A DNA stretch of 64,000 nucleotides from an uncultured Gammaproteobacteria bacterium (lineage in GTDB: Bacteria > Patescibacteriota > Patescibacteriia > Veblenbacterales > UBA10138). The notes beneath the pieces were generated by a model. It was given only the letters and a program-made list of their open reading frames with translations, searched no databases and had not been told where the DNA came from. Position 1 is the first letter of the stretch. Each line of letters opens with the position of its first letter. Below, piece after piece: positions 10,711 through 20,028 of the stretch. Made by a program: the position numbers and the translations under genes. The DNA lies in assembly GCA_964348825.1 (NCBI GenBank), contig CAYGDX010000004.1, positions 517 through 64,516 of the forward strand, given 5' to 3'.

Positions 10711-10951
10711 TCGTAGCTCACAATAGTGATCGTTATTTGTTAATAGTCCTTCTTCGCTAAGGCTACGAAGGACATTCTTCGCTAGGTTAGAGCGAAGAAT
10801 GGTGCGCGCTTAGGGATTCCTCCTCCCCCAAAATTTAACAATGCTTTGGCATAAGCTAAATTTTTCCTCCAGAGCCCGGGTCATCTAAAATATGAAGCAG
10901 TTCATATTTTATCTGTACCCTTCGAATCCTTAATTGCCTAATAAATTAGGA

Positions 10952-11028
10952 TGGTGCGCGCTTAGGGATTCGAACCCCAGACCTTCTCGGTGTAAACGAG
11001 ACGCTCTAACCAGCTGAGCTAAGCGCGC
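10952..11028 (-). tRNA. tRNA-Val (anticodon UAC), CCA encoded
   Basis: Reverse complement reads GCGCGCTTAGCTCAGCTGGTTAGAGCGTCTCGTTTACACCGAGAAGGTCTGGGGTTCGAATCCCTAAGCGCGCACCA. Anticodon loop TTTACAC. Confidence 0.8.
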
Positions 11029-11050
11029 GTAATATATATTGAATATTGTG

Positions 11051-11137
11051 TGGTGCGGACGGAGAGATTTGAACTCTCAATCCCTTACGGGCGCTACCAC
11101 CTCAAGGTAGTGCGTATACCAGTTCCGCCACGTCCGC
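11051..11137 (-). tRNA. tRNA-Leu (anticodon GAG), long variable arm, CCA encoded
   Basis: Reverse complement reads GCGGACGTGGCGGAACTGGTATACGCACTACCTTGAGGTGGTAGCGCCCGTAAGGGATTGAGAGTTCAAATCTCTCCGTCCGCACCA. Anticodon loop CTTGAGG. Confidence 0.8.
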
Positions 11138-11230
11138 TAATTCATCTATAAAAGAAAATAAATTTAGGTACTGTGAAGCAAACCTAAATTCATCATAACT
11201 GATTATAATAATCTTACAATCCCTGCGTAA

Positions 11231-11596
11231 TTACTTTTTAGTAGCTACTTCGTGTAATTTTTTATTATAATCACGCAAGTGGAAAAGTTTAGCGCGACGT
11301 ACGCGATAAGTTTTTACCACCTCAATTTGAGCAATCACGGGGGAAGATAATGGGAAAATTCTTTCTACGCCTACACCATGTGATTCTTTGCGTACCGTAA
11401 TAGTACGACTAGCGGCGGTCGCCCCACTTTTATCTAGTACTATGCCTTCAAAAATTTGGATACGCTCTTTTTCTTCACCCTTGGTATTGGTTTCTTTGAT
11501 TTTTAAATGCACACGAATTAATTGGCCAGGTTTAATTTGGCTTAAATCGGTCACGGTTTTTGGAATAGCTTTAGAATTTGATTTACTTTCAGTCAT
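11231..11596 (-). CDS. rplS: 50S ribosomal protein L19
   Basis: ERIQIFEGIVL...TVRK.SHGVGVERIFPLSSP.IAQIEVV...RRAKL.HLR matches the bL19 signature. Confidence 0.9.
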   Translation of the reverse strand: MTESKSNSKAIPKTVTDLSQIKPGQLIRVHLKIKETNTKGEEKERIQIFEGIVLDKSGATAASRTITVRKESHGVGVERIFPLSSPVIAQIEVVKTYRVRRAKLFHLRDYNKKLHEVATKK

Positions 11597-11672
11597 AAAA
11601 TATAGAGAAATAAGAATAATTATTGCTTAATAATAGTAGCGATTTTATAGAAAAAAGTCAAGGCCTTAGTTT

Positions 11673-12254
11673 TTAAGGACTTTTTAATTCAGTTTTTATG
11701 ATTTTAGCCACTTCATTTACAGTTTCCTCTAGTTTATCGCGCCGATTAATTACCTCGTAAGTAAAATGTTTTTTAGCTTGTAATTCCTTTTGCGCGGTTT
11801 GCCAACGTGTTAATTTTTGTGTGACAGTCATTTTAGGTGAAGCATAAATTCGCCTTTTTATTTCTTTGGGTGATTCGGCGTTAATAAAAATTAACACTGC
11901 TTCAGGGATTTTACTTTTTACCTGTCGCGCCCCTTGATATTCGATATTGAGTATAACATTATGGCCTTGCTGTAAGGCTTTTAAAACGGGTTGTTTAGAT
12001 GTGCCATAGCGAAAGCCGCTAAACATGGCCCATTCTAATAGTTTATTAGTAGCAATCAACTTGTCAAATTGTTTATCAGTTAAGAAATTTATATAAATTT
12101 TATGTTTTTCACCTAGTCTTTTTGACCGAGTTGTGTTAGTTATTACATGAATTAAGTTTAGCGAGCGTCGATGGTGTAATTTTCTAACAATAGAATCTTT
12201 ACCTACTTGAGATGGTCCAGAAATAATAAAAATTTTACCCAGTGATTTTTTCAT
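11673..12254 (-). CDS. gmk: Guanylate kinase
   Basis: P-loop ISGPSQVGKDS and a GFRYGT (YGT) motif. Confidence 0.8.
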   Translation of the reverse strand: MKKSLGKIFIISGPSQVGKDSIVRKLHHRRSLNLIHVITNTTRSKRLGEKHKIYINFLTDKQFDKLIATNKLLEWAMFSGFRYGTSKQPVLKALQQGHNVILNIEYQGARQVKSKIPEAVLIFINAESPKEIKRRIYASPKMTVTQKLTRWQTAQKELQAKKHFTYEVINRRDKLEETVNEVAKIIKTELKSP

Positions 12255-12264
12255 AAATTAAATA

Positions 12265-13194
12265 TTAAGCGAGATGTTTAAGAAATAATTTAAGTTCCGC
12301 CGGCAGATCACTTTCAAATTTTACTAGTTCGTTTTCTAAATTAAGAAATGATAATTCACGCGCGTGCAAAAATATACGATCTGGATTATTTTTAAATGCT
12401 AGATCTTTAGGATGGTATAATTTATCCCCGATAATAGGATGATTAATCGCGGCTAGGTGTACTCTGATTTGGTGAGTACGACCAGTTTCTAAATTAATTT
12501 CAAGTAGCGCCACTTGTTGATACTGTTTTAACACAGTGTAATGAGTAACAGCTTCTTTTGTTTTGTCAGAAGCTTTAGAATGCGCTGCCATTTTACCTTG
12601 ATGCTTACGAGATCTCGCTAGTGGAAAATTTATCGTGCCATCGGGTTTGTCCATATGACCAACTACAAGCGCCTCATAAATTTTATGAATCTGCCTATCT
12701 GCAAATTGTTTTTTTAAATGCTCAAACATTTCGTTGGTGCGAGCGATTACCATTACGCCAGAAACATCGCGATCTAAGCGTTGTACAATTCCGGGACGTG
12801 TTTTGTCGGTACCCACTTCTGCAATTTCTGGATATTTGGTAACTACAGCTTCAATTAAAGTCAGCTCATTTACACCCAGCGCCGGATGAACCACTACACC
12901 ATTTGGTTTATCAACAACCAAGTAGTCCTCAGTCTCGGAGATTATTTTTAAAGGTATTTTTAAATCATTTACAACTTTTTTAATTGGTTTGATGGTGGCA
13001 GTGTGATCAATTTCTACTGTTTCGCCCGATTTTAAAAAATGGTGAGGTAGTACAACTTTACCATTTACTTTTATTTTTTTATCCTTAACCATTTTTTGAA
13101 TTTGACTACGCGACAAATCAGATAAAATCGGTATTAGAAATTTATCTAGGCGCGCCTTATGAGCTGATTCCGGCACTATTATACTATTCTCCAT
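12265..13194 (-). CDS. rluD: RluA/RluD-family 23S rRNA pseudouridine synthase with N-terminal S4 domain
   Basis: S4-like N-terminus (RLDKFL...). Catalytic RLDRDVSGVMVIA motif. HQIRVH motif. Confidence 0.8.
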   Translation of the reverse strand: MENSIIVPESAHKARLDKFLIPILSDLSRSQIQKMVKDKKIKVNGKVVLPHHFLKSGETVEIDHTATIKPIKKVVNDLKIPLKIISETEDYLVVDKPNGVVVHPALGVNELTLIEAVVTKYPEIAEVGTDKTRPGIVQRLDRDVSGVMVIARTNEMFEHLKKQFADRQIHKIYEALVVGHMDKPDGTINFPLARSRKHQGKMAAHSKASDKTKEAVTHYTVLKQYQQVALLEINLETGRTHQIRVHLAAINHPIIGDKLYHPKDLAFKNNPDRIFLHARELSFLNLENELVKFESDLPAELKLFLKHLA

Positions 13195-14674
13195 ATTGTT
13201 TGGTAATAAATGTTATAGCTTCTTCGCGAGTGGTAATTTGGGCAGCGAGTTGAGCTTCTTTTAATACTTCAATAATTTCACCAACTCGTGGATTGCTTGG
13301 TATTTTAAGCATAGTCATAATATCATGGCCGGAAAGAAGTGGCACTAATTGACCGTGCTCTAATTTGGCTTCTATGGCCGGTAAGCGTGCTCGTAGTTTT
13401 GCCAATAATGAAGCGTCAGGCATGCCGGAAACAGGATGACTAGCTAAAGAATCAGCTAAAATTATTTGTTGTAAAATTTGTCCGCGTGGTTTATCTTTCA
13501 AAAAATATTTATAAATAGTGTAGGGCTTCATAATATCAGGATTGCCGTAAATTAAAAGTAAGTGATGCTGAATGGCCCACACTAAAATATCTTGTTCAAT
13601 TTGACCGTGTTCTGGGTCAACATAATTCATTAATCTAAGTCGTTCGCAAATATCGCCTGCGAGTTTAGCGCCCACACTGTCGTGTTCGTTGGTGCGAATG
13701 CGATCAGTGCCATCACGTTCCGGTGTTTTTAAAGTTAAAGGTTTGCCAATGTCATGCAGTAGTATGCCAATAATAGCATTTAAATTTGGTTTAGTTGATC
13801 CGAAAAATTCTTGCCAATTTTTGCTTCCAATTTCAGCTAAAGCTAATTTGGTATGATTAAAAACATCACCCTCGCTATGCCACTCAGGCGGTTGCGGGCA
13901 ATTTTTCATAGCTGTTACTTCGGGTAGTAGTTCGTGAAGTAAACCGCTGTCATCAAAAAGTTCCAAAGCTTTAACTGGCGCGGCGATTAATGACTTAAGT
14001 AATTCACGGGCACAAATTTCGCGAGGTACTAGCCACTCGTTATTAATTTTACCACTAGCTACCCGATTGGCTGATTTAATAATTTCTGACCAAGTACTCG
14101 GTTCAATAGTAAAATTAAGTTGGCAGGCGAATCTCACGCCACGAAGTGTTCGTGATAAATCTTCATTAAACCGTTCAATTGCATCACCCACGGTACGTAG
14201 TATTTTATTCTCTAAATCTTTTTGTCCACCATAAGGATCAATTAGTTCGCCGGTAGATAAATTTAAAGCTAGCGCATTGATGGTAAAATCACGACGCGAT
14301 AAATCTTCACCAACAGTAAGATTGGGGTCGCTTTGAATATTAAAATCGCGGTACTGCCCAGTGCCAGCTAGTACATGTTCAGTGCGTGGCAAGGCCACAT
14401 CAATCGCTTCGCCTACCCAAGTCGCGGGCGTCCATTTAAATACGCCAAAACTTTTACCCACTAAATTTACTTCACCTAAAATTTCTAAAGTTTTTTCTAA
14501 ATCAGGTGCCGGTACCCCACGTACCATTAAATCCCAATCTTTGGTGGGGCGGTCAAGCAATAAATCGCGCACCGCGCCACCCACTAAAAAAATTTCAGCA
14601 CTCGGGCAACTTAAAGCCAACTGTTTAACAGCAGTTAATAATTCAGATGGTAGTTTGGGTAAAAGATTAGACAC
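13184..14674 (-). CDS. cca: CCA-adding tRNA nucleotidyltransferase with HD domain
   Basis: Pol-beta head domain GGAVRDLLL...DWDL. HD motif LLHDIGKP. Confidence 0.8.
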   Translation of the reverse strand: MSNLLPKLPSELLTAVKQLALSCPSAEIFLVGGAVRDLLLDRPTKDWDLMVRGVPAPDLEKTLEILGEVNLVGKSFGVFKWTPATWVGEAIDVALPRTEHVLAGTGQYRDFNIQSDPNLTVGEDLSRRDFTINALALNLSTGELIDPYGGQKDLENKILRTVGDAIERFNEDLSRTLRGVRFACQLNFTIEPSTWSEIIKSANRVASGKINNEWLVPREICARELLKSLIAAPVKALELFDDSGLLHELLPEVTAMKNCPQPPEWHSEGDVFNHTKLALAEIGSKNWQEFFGSTKPNLNAIIGILLHDIGKPLTLKTPERDGTDRIRTNEHDSVGAKLAGDICERLRLMNYVDPEHGQIEQDILVWAIQHHLLLIYGNPDIMKPYTIYKYFLKDKPRGQILQQIILADSLASHPVSGMPDASLLAKLRARLPAIEAKLEHGQLVPLLSGHDIMTMLKIPSNPRVGEIIEVLKEAQLAAQITTREEAITFITKQYGE

Positions 14675-14740
14675 AAAAAAGTTGATTAGTTAATGACTAA
14701 GTATAGCAGTTTTGGAGGGAAAGTCAATTGTTTGTTTTCC

Positions 14741-15964
14741 TTAGGGGCCAAATTCAAATTTCTCATTTTTGATATTTAGAATTTTGTGTGTGCAACCACA
14801 ACGAATCAGAAGATAATACCCAATTGTAATTCCGATTAATAAATATAGCCCCCAAAGCAAAAGTGAGGGTTGGGTTCCAAAAATTCCCACTGAAACGCCT
14901 ATCGCCCAAGTGAGGAATATTTGGAAAAATCGTCTGATAAAAGAAATTCCAGATAACACGGTGGCGCGAATGTGGGATTTTGTTCTGGTGTTTATATAAT
15001 CGGAAACAATTGGCGTTTGCAGGCCAAAAATTCCGTTCATTAAGATATAAAGTCCGATTAGAAAAATAGGATGTAAAAGTACGGCCATTAAAATATAGGC
15101 TGAACCAAGTAAAAGATTGAGGTATAACAAAATCTTTTCCAGTGTAAAATATTTTTCGAGCAGGTACACATATCGTGTCGCAATAATATTTAAAATTATA
15201 CCAACCGAAAGCGAAGCGCCAATCCAAAATGGTGAAACATTATTAGTGTGGAAGTATGGCTGGTACACTCCTTGTACAAAGTATTCTCCAGTGATTGTGA
15301 GAACTCCAACAATGGTAAGGGTAAAAATGGTGGTATTTTTTCTAATAAGTGAGAAACTTTGTTTAAGAACTGAAAACATGCCAGAGCCATCTGATTCGTT
15401 TAAAATATCAGTTTTGTAATCGGTAAGAAAAATTGAGAGTAGGCCTGCGCCAAAAAGACATAACCCGGTCAGGACTATGAGAGGGGTAAACGAATCTTGC
15501 CCAAACTTTTGGAATAGAATACCACAAAGAGCTGTGGCTATAACGAAACCAATTTGTTCGTTAGAAATAATACGCCCGTATCGTTTTTGATAATCGTTGG
15601 TTTTTAAATGTTTGACTGTCTCGAAGAGTAAAGCTTCTTTGCTTCCACTCAAAAATGAATCAGCCAAACCCCGAATACTAAATGCCACATAAAGCCCAAG
15701 TGTGGTTGGATAAAAGAGAATAAAAATTATGCCAAATGATTCAAGTATGTAACCAATAATGATGGAAGTTTTTTGACCAAAGTAGTCAGCAAAAATTCCG
15801 GTGGGTACTTCACCGATAAAGGTAAAGAGTGAGTAAAAGGTTTGAGAGATAATTACTGCTGGAAGAGAAATGTCTTTGGATAAAAGAAAAAATGTGAAAA
15901 TGGGAATATAAAAATACAAACCCTTAAGAAAGCTTATGATATTAAAAAGTTTTATATTTTTCAT
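14741..15964 (-). CDS. Multi-pass membrane transporter, MFS-like
   Basis: About 12 hydrophobic helices with a loop-rich centre. Confidence 0.45.
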   Translation of the reverse strand: MKNIKLFNIISFLKGLYFYIPIFTFFLLSKDISLPAVIISQTFYSLFTFIGEVPTGIFADYFGQKTSIIIGYILESFGIIFILFYPTTLGLYVAFSIRGLADSFLSGSKEALLFETVKHLKTNDYQKRYGRIISNEQIGFVIATALCGILFQKFGQDSFTPLIVLTGLCLFGAGLLSIFLTDYKTDILNESDGSGMFSVLKQSFSLIRKNTTIFTLTIVGVLTITGEYFVQGVYQPYFHTNNVSPFWIGASLSVGIILNIIATRYVYLLEKYFTLEKILLYLNLLLGSAYILMAVLLHPIFLIGLYILMNGIFGLQTPIVSDYINTRTKSHIRATVLSGISFIRRFFQIFLTWAIGVSVGIFGTQPSLLLWGLYLLIGITIGYYLLIRCGCTHKILNIKNEKFEFGP

Positions 15965-16354
15965 AATTAATCAATATAAAATCAGTGAGGCACTATCTTT
16001 AAGTGATATTATTATTTTACTAAAAAAACAGCACCTTTGCTAGGCGCTGTAATACGTTTTTAGTGACGAATTATTTTTTATTTGTAATTATTCTACAATG
16101 TCGGGCACGAATTCATGAAATTCGTAGGAGAGTATGATTGGATTTGTTGGTTTTAACCTTTTGCGTACCGTGTATAGATGCCATTCAGTTGGCTCCGGTA
16201 GTTTTTGTGCATTATTTTTTGTATCATTTGGTTTATTTTGCATATTTTTTCCATTATTTTTTGATTTTATAATTTTGGATTTATTTAGGATTTAGTGCTT
16301 TCGGTCTTCGTAGTCGTGACTACTACGACGAAGTAGACTCGGATTTCGGATTTT

Positions 16355-18247
16355 TTACTCCCACTCAATTGTACCAGGTGGTTTGTTGGTTAGGTCGTAA
16401 AAGATGTAGGAAATTTTAGGTAGGCGTTTAAGTTTATTAATTATTTTTTTAATTACTAATTCAGGTAGTAAAAAGGCCTGTCCAGTCATCGCTTCGCGGG
16501 AAACAATCGGGCGGATTACCAAACTATCTGGTTGTTTAGTTGTGCCAAACGGCAATAGTACTACCGGACATTGCCAAATTTTATAATAAAGGTTGGCTGA
16601 TTTTAATTCGTGAATAACAATTGCATCAGCTTGTTGCAGAGTTTTAAGTCGTACCGTGTTAATAAAAGTTTTTTGTAATTTACCTAAGTTTAAATTTGGC
16701 CCGCTTAATTTTAAAATTACTCGGTTGATGATTTTGTGTTGGTTGATGAGTGGTGTGGCGGCTTGGTGTAATACCCTAGCGGCGCGGTAGGGAGCACCAA
16801 TGGCCAAAGGATGAGCGTAACTTCGTTCGTCGCCTTGTACGCCCACACTTTTAATCGGCAGAATTCTAGTTTGGTAATTTTTGACTTTAATGTCTCCGGT
16901 TATGAGTTGCTTGTCCACCGTAGCTTGGCTACTCCGCCGAAGTGGATATGAAGGATGGATAGCGAAGGTGGAATGATTGGTATTTGCATCATTACATAAT
17001 ATTCTCACCCCAAGGCCGGGGCCGGGAAAAGGATGAGTCCATAACAATTCATGAGGCAAGCCCAATTCTTCACCAATGGCGCGTACTTCATCTTTATATA
17101 ATTCTTTAAGTGGTTCAACTAGTTTTCCTTGGCTCGATAGTTTAGCTAAAATATCAATTCTATTGTGGTGAGTTTTAATAATGTCAGAGTGTTTGGTGCC
17201 ACCTGATTCTATAGTATCAGGATAAATGGTGCCTTGACCAAGTAGCCAATCCTTGGTATTTAATTTCAATTTAGTTTGAGCTAAATTTTTTACATCTAAA
17301 AAAGTTTGCCCAATAATTTTACGCTTAGTTTCCGGATCACTAATATTTTTAAGTCGCTTTAGAAAAATTTTAGAATAATTAGCAATATGTAAATTTTTAA
17401 AACCAGCTTGAGCTAAAGCAGATTTTGCATTTTTGGATTCATTTAAGCGCATTAATCCAGTATCAATATGAAGACCATAAACTTGAGTGGTACCTAAAAT
17501 TTTATTAAGTAAGGCAAAGGCCACGGTAGAATCTACTCCACCCGAAACCAGTAAAAATACTTTTTTATTATCAACTTGTTTTTTAATTTGATTGGTAATG
17601 CGTGTGAGGACAGAGTTTTGTTTAGTTGATTCAAGATGGCAAATATTATAAATAAAATTCTTAAGTATTTGTTTACCGTATTCGGTGTGATCTACTTCCG
17701 GATGAAATTGCAAACCAAAAATCGGTTTGGTAGTATGCGCAATTGCGGCCTGAGTTAGTGTTTGGGTTGAAGTTAGGGTAATAAAATTTTTAGGTAGTTT
17801 AATTACACTGTCGCCATGACTCATCCAAACCGTGCTGGTTTTTGGTATGTCGGCAAGCAGTGGGTGATTATTTTTAATTTGTAGTTTAGCGTAACCATAT
17901 TCACGAATCTGACCGGCTTTAAGTTCACCTCCGAAATTGTGAGTTAAAAGTTGTAGGCCATAGCAAATTCCTAAAATAGGTATATTAATTTTAAGTAAGT
18001 TAGGATTAAACACTGCTGGATTTTTTAAAACACTCCTTGGGCCACCAGATAAAATAATACCAGCCGCTTTTTCAAATTTAGCGGTTGAAGCGGTGGGGGA
18101 AAGTAATTTAAAATCAACACCCAATTCTTTTAAATTGCGCGTGATTAAATGGGTATACTGCGAGCCAAAGTCGATTACGACGATGAATGGCTTGGATTGC
18201 TTCATGAGTTGATTATAGCTTAGGTGTTTGGTAGAATCAAAATACAA
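16355..18247 (-). CDS. guaA: GMP synthase (glutamine-hydrolysing), long form with insertions
   Basis: GATase-1 N-terminus (VIDFGSQYTHLI, GICYGLQ). PP-loop SGGVDSTV. C-terminal dimerisation domain. Confidence 0.85.
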   Translation of the reverse strand: MYFDSTKHLSYNQLMKQSKPFIVVIDFGSQYTHLITRNLKELGVDFKLLSPTASTAKFEKAAGIILSGGPRSVLKNPAVFNPNLLKINIPILGICYGLQLLTHNFGGELKAGQIREYGYAKLQIKNNHPLLADIPKTSTVWMSHGDSVIKLPKNFITLTSTQTLTQAAIAHTTKPIFGLQFHPEVDHTEYGKQILKNFIYNICHLESTKQNSVLTRITNQIKKQVDNKKVFLLVSGGVDSTVAFALLNKILGTTQVYGLHIDTGLMRLNESKNAKSALAQAGFKNLHIANYSKIFLKRLKNISDPETKRKIIGQTFLDVKNLAQTKLKLNTKDWLLGQGTIYPDTIESGGTKHSDIIKTHHNRIDILAKLSSQGKLVEPLKELYKDEVRAIGEELGLPHELLWTHPFPGPGLGVRILCNDANTNHSTFAIHPSYPLRRSSQATVDKQLITGDIKVKNYQTRILPIKSVGVQGDERSYAHPLAIGAPYRAARVLHQAATPLINQHKIINRVILKLSGPNLNLGKLQKTFINTVRLKTLQQADAIVIHELKSANLYYKIWQCPVVLLPFGTTKQPDSLVIRPIVSREAMTGQAFLLPELVIKKIINKLKRLPKISYIFYDLTNKPPGTIEWE

Positions 18248-18251
18248 ATTT

Positions 18252-18413
18252 GTTACTTTTTATAAAGTAACACAAAATCGCCGCCTCGGTCTCCGAGTTT
18301 GAACAGTGCTCGTCAGACGAACTGACTCGCCCTATGCAAAGCGACCACAAACACGGGCGAGTCGGACGTTCGTCTGACTTCCGCTCTGTACAAACCCTAC
18401 GACAGGGCGGCAA
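18252..18413 (+). repeat. GC-rich palindromic repeat element, copy 1 (small AT hairpin GTTACTTTTTATAAAGTAAC plus ~135-bp GC-rich imperfect hairpin)
   Basis: Shares termini CGCCGCCTCGGTC...CAGTGCTCGTC...GACTTCCGCTCTGTACAAA..CTACGACAGGGCGGCAA with copies at 53480-53638 (inverted) and 56486-56650. Confidence 0.8.
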
Positions 18414-18444
18414 TCACGGTTTATTAGTTAGATTTATAAACTTT

Positions 18445-19515
18445 ATGTTTAACACTGCTTTAACTTACGACGACGTTTTACTTCTCCCGCAATACTCCGA
18501 TATTCGACGGAGTGAGGTGAGTTTAAAAACAAATTTAACCAAAGGGTTGGGTTTAGAGCTTCCTATTTTATCCGCGCCAATGGATACAGTTACGGAAAGC
18601 GATATGGCAATTGCGCTGGCTCGCGCTGGTGGTTTAGGCGTGATTCACAAAAATATGAGTGTGTCCGAGCAAGCAATGGAAGTAAAGAAGGTGAAACAAA
18701 AAAAATTATTAGTGGGTGCGGCGATTGGGTATGGGGAAGGGGCGTTCGAACGAGCGTTGGCACTCGCTCAAGCCGGCGCTGATGTTTTAATAATTGATAC
18801 CGCACACGGGCATTCTAAGGGTGTGATTGAAATGACCCAGCAATTAAAAAAAGATTTACGTTTTAAAAAAGTGGAAATTATTGCGGGCAATGTGGCAACT
18901 GCCGAAGGAGTGCGAGCGTTAATTAAAGCTGGCGCCGATGCTGTGAAAGTGGGGATTGGTCCGGGCTCTATTTGTACCACGCGCGTGGTGGCCGGTATTG
19001 GTGTGCCACAACTTTCGGCAATATTTGAAGCGGTTCAAGTTGCAAAACAATCAGGCATATCTGTAATTTCCGATGGTGGTATAAATTATTCTGGTGATAT
19101 TGTAAAGGCACTGGCGGCTGGAGCGAGCTCGGTGATGATTGGTCGGCTACTAGCTGGTACCAAAGAATCACCAGGAAAATTAGTAAAAGAAAATGGTAAA
19201 TTATTTAAAACTTATCGGGGTATGGGAAGTTTTGAAGCGATGCAAAAAGGCAGTAAGGATCGGTATGGTCATGCTGATTCAACTAAAAAACAATTAGTGC
19301 CCGAAGGCGTTTCCGCGCGTGTGCCTTATACTGGTTTGGTGGCTGATGTTTTAGAACAAATGGCTGGCGGATTAAAATCAGGTATGGTATATATTGGTGC
19401 TAAAAATTTATTAGAATTAAAAAAGAAAGCGAAATTTATTCAGATTACATCGGCCAGTTTAAAAGAAAGTCACCCGCATGATTTAGCGAGTATGGATAAA
19501 GCAGTGAATTATTAA
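18445..19515 (+). CDS. guaB: IMP dehydrogenase, short form lacking the CBS subdomain
   Basis: [14 protein letters not shown]-terminus. Catalytic loop [11 protein letters not shown]. The ORF-track N-terminal extension (from 18334) is a translated repeat element; ATG at 18445 preferred. Confidence 0.8.
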   Translation: MFNTALTYDDVLLLPQYSDIRRSEVSLKTNLTKGLGLELPILSAPMDTVTESDMAIALARAGGLGVIHKNMSVSEQAMEVKKVKQKKLLVGAAIGYGEGAFERALALAQAGADVLIIDTAHGHSKGVIEMTQQLKKDLRFKKVEIIAGNVATAEGVRALIKAGADAVKVGIGPGSICTTRVVAGIGVPQLSAIFEAVQVAKQSGISVISDGGINYSGDIVKALAAGASSVMIGRLLAGTKESPGKLVKENGKLFKTYRGMGSFEAMQKGSKDRYGHADSTKKQLVPEGVSARVPYTGLVADVLEQMAGGLKSGMVYIGAKNLLELKKKAKFIQITSASLKESHPHDLASMDKAVNY

Positions 19516-19595
19516 ATTATGATTGTTTGACTGTAAGTAAATATGGGATTATACTAACGGTGTTTATTAAGTTGTTAGATTTTTATAGGTAATTT

Positions 19596-19835
19596 ATGGA
19601 TCCTAAAGATTTAAAAACATTATTTGATTATTTTGATGAACAACATGCCGAGTATAAGCGTGATACTGTTCGTTTAGAAAAAAAAGTGGATGATTTGCTT
19701 ACTTCGGTAGATAATTTAGCTAAAATGGTAAAAGATTTTCGTGACGAGCATATTATTTTACATCGTCGTTTGGAAGTTTTAGAATCCTGGGCTAAGCAAG
19801 TTTCCGCTAAAGTCGGCATTCCAGTGCCATTTTAG
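19596..19835 (+). CDS. Hypothetical small coiled-coil protein (79 aa)
   Basis: Intact ORF only. Confidence 0.3.
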   Translation: MDPKDLKTLFDYFDEQHAEYKRDTVRLEKKVDDLLTSVDNLAKMVKDFRDEHIILHRRLEVLESWAKQVSAKVGIPVPF

Positions 19836-19879
19836 TTGTCATTGCGAGTTTCAACAAAGTAATTTCTCACATTCATCAA

Positions 19880-19935
19880 TAAAACACAAAATCCCCTCCG
19901 ATAGTCCGCCAACTGGCGGAATCGGAGGGGATTTT
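19880..19935. terminator. Long hairpin AAAATCCCCTCCGAT-[AGTCCGCCAACTGGCGGA]-ATCGGAGGGGATTTT between convergent genes
   Basis: 15-bp perfect stem with a palindromic loop, positioned at convergent gene ends. Confidence 0.55.
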
Positions 19936-20028
19936 GTACAAAAGTGGATAGCTTTGGTTAAAACCCTCTTGCTTATCTACTTGGGCTTCGCCCCCAAAAC
20001 TTTTCGGCGGACGGATTTTTCGGCGGAC

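Noticed and set aside
18334-18444. N-terminal extension of the guaB ORF (MQSDHKHGRVGRSS...)
   Set aside because: It is encoded by the GC-rich palindromic repeat (copy 1). IMPDH homology begins at the ATG at 18445 ([15 protein letters not shown]). The same applies to 56503-56664 upstream of the small membrane ORF.
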